From: Octopus sinensis
Lineage: Eukaryota
NCBI RefSeq assembly: GCF_006345805.1
Contig: NC_043022.1
Location: 682,001 to 746,000, forward strand
Length of the DNA: 64,000 nucleotides
Reading direction: 5' to 3'
Shown: piece after piece, positions 1 through 12,894 of the stretch
Position numbering within the stretch: the stretch's first letter is position 1
How the letters are laid out: the number at the start of each line of letters is the position of its first letter
The notes under the pieces: model-generated
The model's database searches: none
What the model saw: the letters and a program-made list of their open reading frames with translations, nothing else
Told to the model about the DNA's origin: nothing
Made by a program: the position numbers and the translations under genes

Positions 1-12
1 AAATATAAATGT

Positions 13-380
13 ACAGAGAGCGCAAACCTCTGCCAAGGCAACACCAATGTCCTCTCAACGATTAGCCTGATGCTTTTTTAAAATGAGAATAACTGAAATA
101 AACTCGACTTCTCTCACAAATGAGAATACTGAAAATGAACCCGACCACTCTCAACAATTAAGTAAAAAAACAAAAAAACGGAGAAATAATCCAGAATCCT
201 TGTCTGGTACTGGATCAATCCCAAAATCTAATCAGTTTGTGCCAGACACAAGGCCGAACATCCCTGAAAGTTTCATCCGAATCCATCCAGCAGTTCTTGA
301 GATATGTTGTCCACGGATTAACAAACAAAGAAACACGACTGAAAACAATACCTCCGCCTTCGCTAAGGCAGAGGTAATAA
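13..380 (-). mobile_element. Helentron-associated (HINE/DINE-1-like) non-autonomous element, copy 1
   Basis: Reverse complement of 50880-51247. On the minus strand it starts TTATTACCTCTGCC with an internal inverted repeat and ends with the subterminal repeat CCTTGGCAGAGGT. The ORF 83..532 lies largely inside it and is spurious. Confidence 0.7.
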
Positions 381-400
381 AGACACACACAGACACACAC

Positions 401-442
<42 letters not shown>

Positions 443-847
443 TTCTCTCTCAGTTTATTGAGTGTAGACCACCAGACAAGCTATAATCCAGTTTTGCAGT
501 CCATCAAATTGCAAATGGATTCACCAGATTGAAGTTGATGAATCCGTTTGAGATTCAATGGATCGTTGAAATGGATTAAATGTTGTCCATCTGGCTGAAC
601 TCAATAATCTCTGTCTCCACCCAACCATTGTTGAGTAGTCCTCGGTTGAATATTGAGTGTAGTAAGCTTTCTGCTGATAATACCCTAGCTATCTGGGTGG
701 GTGGGTGGGTGTGTGTGTGTGCATTTATCTAGATTTTAAAATGTATCAGCTTACACATTGCACACATAAGTTTATGCATCAATAAAATAGCCAAAAATGC
801 ATGCATGCACGCACACATGCACCTGCGTACATTCGTACAAACATGCG

Positions 848-896
848 CAAAGCCTTGTGAGTAGATTTGGTAGATGGAAACTGAAAGAAGCCTGAA

Positions 897-927
<31 letters not shown>

Positions 928-1170
928 TGTATGTATATGTGTGTGCATGTCTTTCTTTCTGTTTGTCCCCCCTCCCCATCGCCACTTGACAGCCAGTGTT
1001 GGTGTGTTTTCATCCCCATAACTTAGCAGCTCAGCAAAAGACCACCAATGGAGTAAGTACTAGACTTTAAAAAAATAAGTCCTGAGTGTTGATTTGTTCG
1101 ACTGAAACCCTTCAAGGCAGTGCTCCAGCATGGCCACAGTCAAAATGACTGGAATAAGTAAGAAAAGAAA
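848..1170 (+). mobile_element. SINE family A (tRNA-derived, OR-like, internal microsatellite), 5'-truncated
   Basis: Carries the family motifs gccttgtgagtagatttggtagatggaaactgaaagaagcc and gtgctccagcatggccacagtcaaaatgactg shared with 49593-49948. Confidence 0.8.
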
Positions 1171-1522
1171 AAAAGAATGTGATGTTGATACACACACACA
1201 CCATCATCATCATCATCATCACTATTTTAGACCCATTTTTCATGCATGAATGAATTTGGCAGCCCTCTATGGAAAACATAGAAACCTATTTCTATATAAA
1301 ATACAGCTTGTCTAAGAGAATAAGTTTAGGGCAGTGTATCTCAATCCTTTTACCCTTGCCTAACCCTTAAAATAAATTACAGGTCTCACAAAAACAATTA
1401 TATACCATATCTTTCTCATATTCTTTCATTGTAGTTCACGTGGTAAATATCATATATATAAATGTATGTAAAGAGTGTCCATAAATTACAAGCGGTGTTG
1501 GGGGTACAAACACAGGCACACA

Positions 1523-1565
<43 letters not shown>

Positions 1566-1587
1566 TATATATATACATACATGTATA

Positions 1588-1731
1588 GGACGGGCTTCTT
1601 TCAGTTTCCGTCTACCAAATCCACTCACAAGACTTTGGTTGGCCTGAGGCTTATAGTAGAAGACACTTGCCCAAGGTGCCAAGCAGTGGGACTGAACCCG
1701 GAACCGTGTGGTTGGTAAGCAAGCTACTTAC

Positions 1732-1737
<6 letters not shown>
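1588..1737 (-). mobile_element. SINE family A head, minus strand
   Basis: Reverse complement of the head of 49593-49750, including the B-box-like ggttccgggttcagtcccac. Confidence 0.85.
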
Positions 1738-1766
<29 letters not shown>

Positions 1767-2876
1767 GTGTAAAAAAAACAAAAAACACAAACTGGGACAA
1801 GAACGCAAAACATTTAGAAGACGATACAAAAAACACGGACGGGACATTCGAAGCCTTCAATCTTCAGTCAAGAACAGGATCATCCTCGCAATTTCGGCTG
1901 ATTAATCTTGATATATATATATATAATCTTATATATATATAAAATCATCATCGTTTAACATCCATTTTCCATGCTGACGTGGGTTGGATGGTTTGACAGG
2001 GGCTGTCCAGCTGGGGAACTGTCCAAATTCCAATTTGACTGTTGCAGTATGGTGTCTATGGTTGGATACCCTTCCTAACACCAACTACTTTAAAGAGTGC
2101 GCTAGGTGTACGAATGAATGAACAAATGGAACAAAAGGGCACGCAACCCATTTAGTAGGAGTTATATGTATTATTTAAAACAGTTTGATTTGGTTCCATG
2201 TGACTCAAAGTTTCACCGGCCTCCAACAGAAGCCTGTCTCTTCCAGTCTTTAGATTGCCAAATCTGTAATCTAAAGCCTGAAAGAGATGGGCTTCTGTTG
2301 GAGACATGTGAAAAGTTGTATGGAACTGGTCATTTAAAGCCTGGAAAAGACAGACTCCTTTAAGTCACATGGAACTGAATACAGGACCCATTGCACAATG
2401 GTGTGGTTGGCGTTAGGAAGTGCATCCAGTTGTAGAAACAATGCCAAAGCTGACTGGAGTCTGGTGCAGCACTTCAGCCTACCAGCCGTGGACAATCCGT
2501 CCAACCCATGCCAACATGGACAACGGATATTAAATGATGATGATGATGATATATATATATATATATATCCTTTAAGAGAAACGTTTCTGAGTAAGCACAT
2601 AGAAGCTCCTATGTCGGCTCTGGCCTACTGATTCCAACTTGTGACAGCAGTTTTATGGGATCATACTGAGCTGTAATGATATTGTAGGATAAATATAGTA
2701 ATAATAATAATTATAATAATAATAATAATCATCCAAGGATAGAATTTATAAATATTTTAATACATTGCTACATGCATTTCCACGAAAGACATGTGATTTC
2801 TAGAAACACATGTAGTGATACATTCAAATATTTTAAAATTTTCTCCTTGGATTATTATCATTATTATTATTATTAT

Positions 2877-3275
2877 TAAGGTGTTGAGCTAGCAGAATCG
2901 TTAGCACGCTGGGCGAAATGCTTAGTGGTATTTCATCTGCCGCTACATTCTGAGTTCAAATTCCGCCGAGGTCGACTTTGCCTTTCATCCTTTCAGGGTC
3001 GATTAAATAAGTACCAGTTAATCGACTCAGTCCATTTGTCTGTCCTTGTTTGTCCTCTCTGTGTTTAGCCCCTTGTGAGTAGTAAAGAAATAGGTATTTC
3101 ATCTGCTGCTACATTCTGAGTTCAAATTCCGCTGAAGTCGACTTTTGCCTTTCATCCTTTCAGGGTCAATTAAATAAGTACCAGTTACACACTGGGGTCA
3201 ATGTAATAGGCTTAATCCCTTCTCCCAAATTTGAGGCCTTGTGCTTCCAGTAGAAAGGATTACTATTATTATTAT
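2877..3275 (+). mobile_element. SINE family B (tRNA-derived, (ATT)n tail), two tandem copies
   Basis: Head ggtgttgagctagcagaatcgttagc, ttctgagttcaaattcc B-box, central gcctttcatcctttcagggtcgat domain. Flanked by (ATT)n. Confidence 0.85.
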
Positions 3276-4586
3276 TATATATATACATATACTACTAAAC
3301 TGGAATGCAGTTTATTTCCTGTACTTTGGGCAAAATCCTTTTATTAGTTTAAGTCATTGGACTGTGGTCATGCTGGAGCATATTTGCAAACTATGAGCAT
3401 TGTTGTTTTCTTCATGTTAACAAACCATCTGCTTGCTTTGCACCTTTGAAGATGTGTGAAAGGAAAGACCTCGGATTTGAAAACCATATAAATGGAAATT
3501 GTAGTTGTGATACCTGTGCCGGTGGAACGTTAAAAGCACCATCCGAACGTGGCCGATGCCAGCGTCGCCTTGACTGGCGTCCGTGCCGGTGGCACATAAA
3601 AAGCACCAGCCAATCATGGACGTTGCTAGCCTCCTCTGGCTCCTGTGTTCGTGGCACGTAAAAAGCACCCACTACACTTACGGGTAGTGTTTGTCCCCCA
3701 TAACTTAGCAGTTCAGCAAAAGAGTCCAATAGGCTTCCAAAGAATAAGTCCTGGGGTCAATTTGCTCGACTAAAGGCAGTGCTCCAGCATGGCCACAGTC
3801 AAATGACTGAAACAAGTAAAAGAGTAAAGATATATATATATATTTAACAATATGCTTGTGTAAATATTTGTGGATGCATTTAAGTGTACTCGTGTGTGTT
3901 GTGTTTTCATTTGTGTACATATGTATGTGCATAGATATACACACATCCATACATATATTGGCGCGCAAGCATAATATATGCACTTAGACACATGCATGCA
4001 CCTAGACACAGAGATGTGTAGACAACCGACAGTCATCATTAGTAACCAGTCAAGAAGTAGGCTTGGTGCTACTCTACACATGTGGTCTCCTTTTGTGTCA
4101 TTGTGTCAGAACAGCTGTTACAATGGGTGACAGCTAATACATTGCCTGTGATGGTTCTCGAGATGGAAGTTGGGGTATTTCTTGCTCTGGAATCTCAAGA
4201 CCTACATCAAAACACGACTACTTTCAATTGGTATATGCATGCACACACACACACACACACTTCCTTTGGCTTTGTGAGGGAAACTGGGCAGCAGAGCAAA
4301 AACTGTGGAAGACTAAAAGATGGATCATACTTCTAATACAAGCACCCAGCCAGTCTTACCCCTGTCACCCTCTGTCATGCAGTGGGTCTCACTGATTCTA
4401 GTTCAGTATTAGCATTATGAATCCATGTGTCTGTGGAATACTCGGGTCATTCACATGATTGAATTTCTCAATTCTATACATTGTTACGTTGTTCTCAACA
4501 GGAGACTCCATCATATGTATATATATATATATATATATACATACACACACATATATATATATATGAATACATAAGTAAATATATAG

Positions 4587-4741
4587 GTGCAGGAGTGGTT
4601 GTGTGGTAAGTAGCTTGCTTACCAACCACATGGTTCCTGGTGCAGTCCCACTGCGTAGCACCTTGGCCAAGTGTCTACTATAACCTCAGGCCAACCAAAG
4701 CCTTGTGAGCGGATTTGGTAGACAGAAACTGAAAGAAACCT

Positions 4742-4789
<48 letters not shown>

Positions 4790-4966
4790 TCCACCCACCA
4801 TCGCTTGACAACCGATGTTGGTGTGTTTACTTCCCTGTAACTTAACACTTCATCAAAAGAGACTGATAGAATAAGTACTAGGCTTACAAAGAATAAGTCC
4901 TGAAGTCGATTTGTGTGACTAAGGTTTATGCTCCAGCATGGCTACAGTTAAATGACTGAAACAAAT
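4587..4966 (+). mobile_element. SINE family A, near full length
   Basis: tRNA-like head, cttggccaagtgtct core, (TG)n spacer and 3' atgctccagcatggctacagttaaatgactgaaac. Confidence 0.85.
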
Positions 4967-5481
4967 ACACATACACTTTAATATCATACAATGAAAATAA
5001 GTGTTGAACACTGTGTTGGTGGATAAATATTCTTTATATGTGACTTAACCATCCAAGATGGAGACAAATACCAGCATCCCTTGCAATGAGCTAGAAAATT
5101 GTTAAGAGATATACTTCCCTTTGCATGAAAGCAATGGTAGCCTAGTTAATTCACAAACAAAGTATGTGTGTCAAAAAGGATCCTAGGTCCTTCCCGACCC
5201 ACAGGCTCATAACATGTTTCCCCAAATATATGTGGCCCACGTACGCTGTTTGCTGGATGGGACACCCGTCCATCTCAGGTTTATGCACTTTTGTTGGTTG
5301 AATGGACTGGAGCAAGATGAACTGGGGTTTTGCTCAAGAACAAAGTGTACATTGCCTGGTCTAGGAATTGAAACCACTATCTTACAAGCACAAGTTAAGA
5401 TCACTAAGCCACAAGCTTTCACTATATATATATATATAGATAGATAGATAGATAGATATACACACACATATATACACATAG

Positions 5482-5512
<31 letters not shown>

Positions 5513-5514
<2 letters not shown>

Positions 5515-5756
5515 CCGGAGTAAACACATAAATGTGAAACAAGGTGAAAAGAAAGAGTACTCAAATACCAGTGGTAGAGTAATATGCTTTATTTTAAGCA
5601 GCAGAAAATTCAACAAAATCTGTTACTCTGAGTTTCTCGTTGCCGTTCATCAGACAGTTTTTGCTAGAATCTAGCAAAAACTGTCTGATGAACGGCAACG
5701 AGAAACTCAGAGTAACAGATTTTGTTGAATTTTCTGCTGCTTTAAATAAAGTATAT
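5513..5756. mobile_element. Penelope-like (PLE) pLTR remnant arranged as a palindrome, carrying hammerhead motifs
   Basis: 82-bp arms 5587-5668 and 5670-5751 with one mismatch. Hammerhead core on each strand followed by AATAAA. Inserted in (TA)n; second copy at 59178-59332. The PLE assignment is inferred from the hammerhead plus inverted-LTR architecture. Confidence 0.7.
5675..5724 (+). ncRNA. Minimal type-I hammerhead ribozyme motif (mirror copy on minus strand 5614-5663)
   Basis: Helix I caaaaactgt/acagattttg, core CTGATGA (5685-5691), helix II cg-GCAA-cg, GAAA (5702), palindromic helix III ACTC-A-GAGT, and a GUA cleavage triplet ending at 5714. Confidence 0.75.
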
Positions 5757-5816
5757 ATATATATATATATATACACATACACATACATCTATATAGATAG
5801 ATATATATACATATAT

Positions 5817-5870
<54 letters not shown>

Positions 5871-8800
5871 TATACATGCATATATATACATTCATATATA
5901 TATATATACATACATATAGATATATAGATATACATTTATATACACACTTGTATATATATGCACATATATATATATATACATATAGACATACGCATATCTG
6001 TATGCATATTCTATATAAACCCACATGTATAGCTTGTTGTGCGCTTCTCTTCCCCCACCCCCACCCCACCCTGCTTCCCTTTCACTTTCTCTTTGAACTC
6101 CGATACTCAACATCAGTTCCCCACTTCTCTCTGATTCTTTTCCCCCCGTCTCCTCCCAAACCCAACCAATCTAAACCCCCTCCCCCCACACTTGCTCCTT
6201 TTCTTATCCATATTATCACACAACCTCCTACCACCACCACCACCACCTTCTCTCCCACCTCATTCTCTCTCTCTCTCTCTCTCGCTTCATTTGCTCTGGA
6301 TTTGCTCGGATAGGAAATGACAAATTGGATCTTTGCAAGGTTTTCCTTCTCTTATTTTTCTTTCTCCTTATCACCCACCATTGATCCCATATGATAGACC
6401 ATTGGTAACATAATCATATCCTTGGGTACTTCATACCCTTGCATCTACCACCAACAGCTCGGGCCATCCCTTCACTCTCTCCCTTTCTCTCTCTCTCTCT
6501 CTACTCCCCCCCCTCGTCTTTTGCTTCTGCTGTTGCTGTCCTCTGTCGTATTTTGTCTTCTAATCTGTTGCTGCTGCTGCTGGATGGCACTCTCCCTCCC
6601 TCCCTCCCTCTCTCCCTACCCCCTACCCTGCACACCTCATTATTTATCTTACCACCGCCACCACTGTCTCCCTCCCTCCCTCCCTACTGTGTCTCCACCA
6701 CCACTGCCCCCCTTCTCTGCCTTCTACCTCCCCTCTCTCTCTTCTCTCTCTCTCTCTCCCTCCCTAACTCCTTGGCACTTGCATATGACCTCCACCCCCA
6801 CACACACCCTTCTCTTTGCACTGTTTGAAGTTGGCTTTGGGTGGTGAAAGGGAGAGCAGGAGCCTTATCTCTCTCTCTCTCTCCTTGTCTTCTGACCTCT
6901 CCCCCTCCACCTGCCACCACCACCACCTTGAACACCAGTCTTGATAATAACCCTTAACCACATCCACTCACTCAACCCTCCACCCTTTGCTCATTACACA
7001 CACACACACACAGGCATACAGACACACACAATCCCGTAGCACGCGTGCACACACACTTACACACACTTAATAACAAGCACGTGTGTACACGTACACACAC
7101 ACACACACACACACCACATCTACATGTTCAACGTTCTACCTTTTACACACATACACATACAAGCATATATGCACACGCACACACATTTACGCATACACAC
7201 ACACACACACGCATGCAGAAACACACACACACACACAGAGTTTTATTGTCTCTGCTCATATCCCAACATTAAACGACAACAAACCGTGGACAGACACACT
7301 GACGCATCATGCGCATGCACCCAAGCATGCACTGACGTGCACATTTGCACGTACTGTCGCATTCAACACATTAACACATACATGTACACCAACACACACA
7401 CACACATATGCATACATCTATATTGACACATACACACGTACACATGCATACACTTTTACTTGTACGTGCACACAAATGCATATAAACGCATATATATATA
7501 TGCGTTTGCATAAAACACCGACATATACTTGAACTAACACACACATACACAAGTTCATACACATTGTGTCAAATGTATATATACACACACACACACACAC
7601 ATATATTTCCTAACACAGACCCATACACACACACACAGATTCATACATGCACACATTGACTCATACATATATATGCATATATGCTGTCACTTAGGTGTGC
7701 ACTAATGCATGTGCACTCCTACTCATGCATGTGCTAACACACAGGCACACACATACTAACACATATAGCCACATATAGACACTCTGTTACACATACATTG
7801 ACTCGTATATACACATGCACACACTCACATAAATACATGAACACACAGGCACTCACTTACACATAGCTACATACACACACACACACATACTTACGCATAC
7901 ATACTGTCACTAATATGTGCTCTAATGCTTGTACTTATCGAGTTTTACACACACATAAACCAACACATGTGCATACATACATCAACACACACACACATAT
8001 ACATACATCAACACACACTAACAATCATACATAAATACATACATACATCAACACACACACACACGCATTCATACATAAATACATACATATATCAACACAC
8101 GCACATATACGCACACATACATATATACATACATACACATACATTCATACATATACATACATCAATGCACACACACATGCATACATGCATATATCTGTCA
8201 CAACAGTAACAGTTCCTACCACCACGCCACCCCCACCCCCAAAGACCTTATGCCTTCCCATCATCCAATGCTTCCTCTTCTTCTGCTGCTGCTGCAGCCG
8301 TGCAAAGCCTGCTGCGCTCGTGTCGCGCTATCTGGGAAGCTGAGACATCCTCTCGCTGTCTCCTGCTCCTCCTCCTCCTCCTCCTGTCATCCTCAGTCTT
8401 ATTCTCCAACCTCCTCCTCTTCCTCTCTGAACACTGTCGGTATGAAAGAGGTTCTTTACATGTCTCAACCCCCCCCCCCACTCCATCCTCACCCCAGTTC
8501 TTGCTGCCTTTAAGGGGCCTTTTTTTGCCTCTTTTATTTTTTTTTTTGAAAATTTAATTTTTTATTTATTTTATTTTCTTCATATTTATTTCATGCTTTT
8601 GATTGACAGTGTCTGAGTAATGAGTGGAATGGGGGGGGGGGGGTGATGGTGGCAGTAGCGGTGGTGATGGTGATGGTGGTGGTGGTAATGATACAGAGTA
8701 GGATTCATAGTTGTGGCAGTAGTAGTAGCAATAGATACCATAATGGGAAAGCAGCAGTAGTAGTAGCAGCAGCAACTATTGTTCTATTGGAAGTAATGAT

Positions 8801-9397
8801 GTTGATACTTCCATTAATAGTAGCAGTGGTGGTGGTGGTGGTGGTATTGCAGCTACAAACTGCATATCTTGTGGAGGTGGTGTGTGTTTATATGTTCCAA
8901 GGTAAATAAATAAAAGACATTGTATATTCCTTCATTACACTCTTAATTCTTCATTGAATTGGTTTCACTCATTTAATTGTAGCTGGTGCGTCACCCTTCA
9001 AGGGTTTCTTTTTTTTTTTTTTTTTTGGTGGGAGGGTTAGACGGACAATCATCTCATCGACACCACACATATGCGCGCGCCACCCCCACCTGGCCCCTAT
9101 CCACCCACAACCTAATTCAGTGTGGTCCTCTGGCTTTAACAATCACTATTTGTCAAACCTCCAGGTTATGGGGACAAAACCAAGGCTCAACACAGCACCA
9201 GGTTGTAGCCCAGCAGTTCTTAACCGCAACTCAGAGGGTCCCATGTGGCCCTGAAACATCCTTTCAGTGGTCCCCAAGCATCCTTCCGGTCAACCGTCCA
9301 ACCCATGCCAGCATGGAAAGCAGCTTTGAATGATGATGGTAAAGATGATGATATGTATATATGTACATGAATGTGTGTGTGTGTGTATATATATATC

Positions 9398-9878
9398 AGT
9401 GCCGGTGGCATGTCGAAACTCTACTTGTGAAGACCTGTTGAGGCAAGTGAGGATCAGAATCGAAATCGATCAATGGAAATTGCAGATGTGTTACCAGTGC
9501 CGGTGGCATGTAAGAGAACCTTCCGTTTCGCGACCGTTGCCAGAGCCGTCCCGACTGGCCTCGTGCCGGTGGCACATAAAAAGCACCATCCGTTCGTGTC
9601 CATTGCCAGCCTCGCCTGGCCCTCGTGCCGGTGGCACATAAAAAGCACCATCCGTTCGTGGCCGTTTGCCAGCTCTGTCTGGCACCGTGCGGGTGGCACG
9701 TAAAAAGCACCCACTACACTCACGGAGTGGTTGGCGTTAGGAAGGGCATCCAGCCGTAGAAACACTGCCAGATTTGACTGGGCCTAATGAAGCCTTCTGG
9801 CTTCACAGACCCCAGTAGAACCGTCCAACCCATGCTAGCATGGAAAACGGACGCTAAACGATGATGATGATGATGATG
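9398..9878 (+). mobile_element. RTE-tailed short element (family C) with internal tandem units, young copy
   Basis: 3' ggttggcgttaggaagggcatccagccgtagaaac...ccaacccatgctagcatggaaaacggacgctaaacgatgatgat, typical of RTE-clade 3' ends. Five gtgccggtggca-type units. Other copies at about 1945-2110(-), 2385-2550, 3510-3683, 16630-16810, 19380-19560(-), 20575-20740, 24015-24190, 32255-32575, 54120-54370 and 58815-59060(-). Confidence 0.8.
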
Positions 9879-10775
9879 ATATATATGGCTGTGTGTTATA
9901 TGTATATATGACTATATATTTATATATGTGACTGTGTGTGTGTGTGCATATGTTTGTATATACACACATACATATTTGTATATATATATTATGTTTGTGT
10001 GTGTGTATATATATATATTTATATTTATGCCCACCTAAACGTGGATGTTCTAATCGAACAAACTATACGGCTGTAGATGAGATGAGAGAAACTCTCCCCC
10101 TGGCTTCTGGTGCAAAATGCTCTCTCGTTTATAATTAAACACACACAACTGGCTTCTGCACAATTTCAGCCCATTATATCCATTGTCTTCTAATATTGCT
10201 CGACCCAAGGCTACAGTAGCAGACACTGGAACAATGTTAACTAACAACCATTTTAGAATGGTATGGCGGTAGTATTTGAGGGAAGGTTCGGCTGCATTTT
10301 CTTGCAGGTCAAAGGTTGCCTCTATCCCATGAATAAGCCATTTAATGGCAGGGTTGGAATTTGACAAAAACTGCTAATTACTATCTTTTCAGACTATCAA
10401 TGTACTGGCTTAGTAATTCTTCATTGATTTGTAATTAATTATGTATTAGGTAAAATAAATAAATGAACTAAAAAAACCGAAAAAACACTAGCATTATCTA
10501 AGTGGAAATTATTTCTTGAACGATATAATTTGTAATTATGAAAGAAAATATTTACAATAAATATGAAAAAAATAGAGAAAGAATTATGGGGGCAAGGGGG
10601 GGGGGGAGAACAAGAGAGAAAACGGTTAAAACAATATCCATGGAGATTGATGGTAGAAGCACAGTGAGATCAAATGGAGGACTGGGTGGCTGCCTAGCAA
10701 AATGCTTGTATTCTTGCCCTGTCATTCATATTCTCAGGATTGACACAAATAAAGTGTCTAAGTCAGACTATTATT

Positions 10776-11330
10776 GAGTGAGAGAGCAGTGCATGCCATC
10801 AACGTGACACTGGAGTAAAATATACAAAGCCCAGTGTACCCATCATGACTACCCGTCTGGTAAGGGTACACCAAGCACATGCATCAAAACCATATATGCG
10901 CAACATGGTGATCTCATTATCAAGAAAAACATTGCATGACCTTGCAGGTGGAAACCAGTTAGAATTTTCTTTGGGTCAAGTAGCCCATCCTGCTCAAAAG
11001 GTCCCTGAATAAGGGTTGTTTAAGGATGTTGAATGAAACACCCATGTTTCCAGAGGTGTATTATTCAAACCCCAAAGAATCCCACTCAACACATGGCTAT
11101 GATGCTCCCCCACTACTTCTTCTCGTGATCAGAGATGCACATATCGTCAGCCACCAAGGAACGTGCTGAACTGGTTAAGGTCAAACAACTGACAAGCAAA
11201 TCTGTGGTATTGAGCAGAATATTTGCTGTAGCCCATCTTTTATACCAAGACAAAACAATGTGCATGATAACGCTTCCAATCAGTTAAGATCAAAAGCCAT
11301 GAGAGCCACTGCCTGGTACTGCATCAGGGC

Positions 11331-11335
<5 letters not shown>
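10776..11335 (+). mobile_element. Unclassified 560-bp interspersed element with (ATT)n tail
   Basis: Bounded by TTA motifs. The segment tttccagaggtgtattattcaaaccccaaagaat recurs at about 46866-46930, so it is repetitive. Confidence 0.55.
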
Positions 11336-11401
<66 letters not shown>

Positions 11402-11404
<3 letters not shown>

Positions 11405-11620
11405 GGCGGTAAGCTGGCAGAATTGTTAGCACACCAGGTGAAATGTTTAGCGGTATTTCACCCGTTATTACGTTCTGAATTCAAATTCCGCCAAGGCCAA
11501 TTTGCCTTTCATCCTTTCGGGGTCGATAAATTAAGTACCAGTTCAGTACTGGGGTCAATGTTATCGACTATCCCCTTCCCCCAAATTTCAGGCCTTGTGC
11601 CTATAATAGAAAGGATTATT
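11402..11620 (+). mobile_element. SINE family B, full length, inserted in an (ATT)n array
   Basis: Same modules. Other copies at about 14812-15015, 29045-29245(-), 36460-36910(-), 38160-38650(-), 54377-54600, 55235-55450 and 60733-60970. Confidence 0.85.
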
Positions 11621-11760
11621 ATTATCATTATCTTCAAAATCCTTGATTTGAGAAACGTATCGAGTTTTCCTTTTCTAGCATCAGCAAGATTTAGCCACAT
11701 GCTGGAAACCATACAGACGAATGTTGAGAGTCAGTGAATGTTGTGTTAGAAATCCCTAAC

Positions 11761-11845
<85 letters not shown>

Positions 11846-12289
11846 TTCTTCCTTCTTCTCTATGGTTGAGAATCTGAAGAAATATTGGTTTAGATGTATG
11901 TGTTGGTATGTATTGCAAGAAACTGCTTTCTCTACCATTTTACATAGATTCAACCTACACCAGTTGATGTGCGATGAACAAATTAGGGATCTTGAAGTGG
12001 TTTCTATAAAACAGGTTTTTAAACACTGAATGGGGGGTCTACCAGAATGAAATAGCAATCAAAGGAGTCCATAGATAAAAAAAAAAGGTATCCTTCCAGT
12101 ACTATCAATTATATATGGAATGATCAGCTGCTAACAAGGAAGCTTCTATCCATCTGACCTGCAAGAAACTGTAGCCAAATGCTCCACAGAGACTAGTCTT
12201 CATGTTCCATTGTTAAAAACGGTTGTGCCCACACCTCTGCACACCTTCAGATCTTCTCGGAAGGTTAACATCCTTGACATTAGTATCTC

Positions 12290-12830
12290 TCACTCGTTCT
12301 CTGTTCCATATCAGAATATGGATTCAGGCCACTGCACTCAACCAGCCACATTTTACTCCACAAACCTAACCCAGAAAAATACACCATAGCTTCAACAACA
12401 GCACAAACAAACAAAACCAACTTCCCACACGTACCACCATTCTGAACCACCATTGACGTCAGCAATGCTTTTAACTCTGTTCCACCACCCTCCTATCCAC
12501 TCGTGAAAATATGAAAAATCTCACCACTACTTCAAGAAAACAACACAAACAACACAAAAACTCCGGCTGGCAAAACTAACTGATTGTCAGGTTGCCAAGC
12601 TTGTGTCGTGTACGAGAGCTACTCTTCCAGAGCCTGAAAGTCCCTAGTGGAGTTCCCAATGGATCCGTCTCCTCACCCACTGTTTTCAATTTATACTAAC
12701 ACAAAAATGTAAAGCTACACCTACACAACATTCCCGCATTTTCCACACAAAATATAGAAATAGCAAAATACAGTCAGCCTCCCACTCAGATGGCATCACA
12801 TTTACATCCCCACCCCACCCATACCATCCC
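12290..12830 (+). pseudogene. Decayed non-LTR retrotransposon (LINE) reverse transcriptase fragment
   Basis: RT motifs in order with frameshifts and stops: EYGFRPLHST (12314), IDVSNAFNSV (12452), KVPSGVPNGSVSSPTVFNLY (about 12637-12696) and SDGITF (about 12787). Confidence 0.8.
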
Positions 12831-12894
12831 ATTCACCAGAAACTGCTGCATATCTATTCTGACCCTTCCTGGCTCTGCAAGCCATAGGCTTTAA

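Noticed and set aside
83-532. 149-aa ORF mirrored by ORF 50827-51177
   Set aside because: Antisense reading of the non-autonomous Helentron-type repeat; no domain.
456-662. 12-bp direct repeat tattgagtgtag flanking about 180 bp with a small hairpin
   Set aside because: It could be a TSD, but the interior matches no recognisable element or tail.
10535-10590. IMKE...KYEK peptide reminiscent of the next GRK exon
   Set aside because: Motifs are in the wrong order, lie upstream of the identified exon, and have no fitting splice sites.
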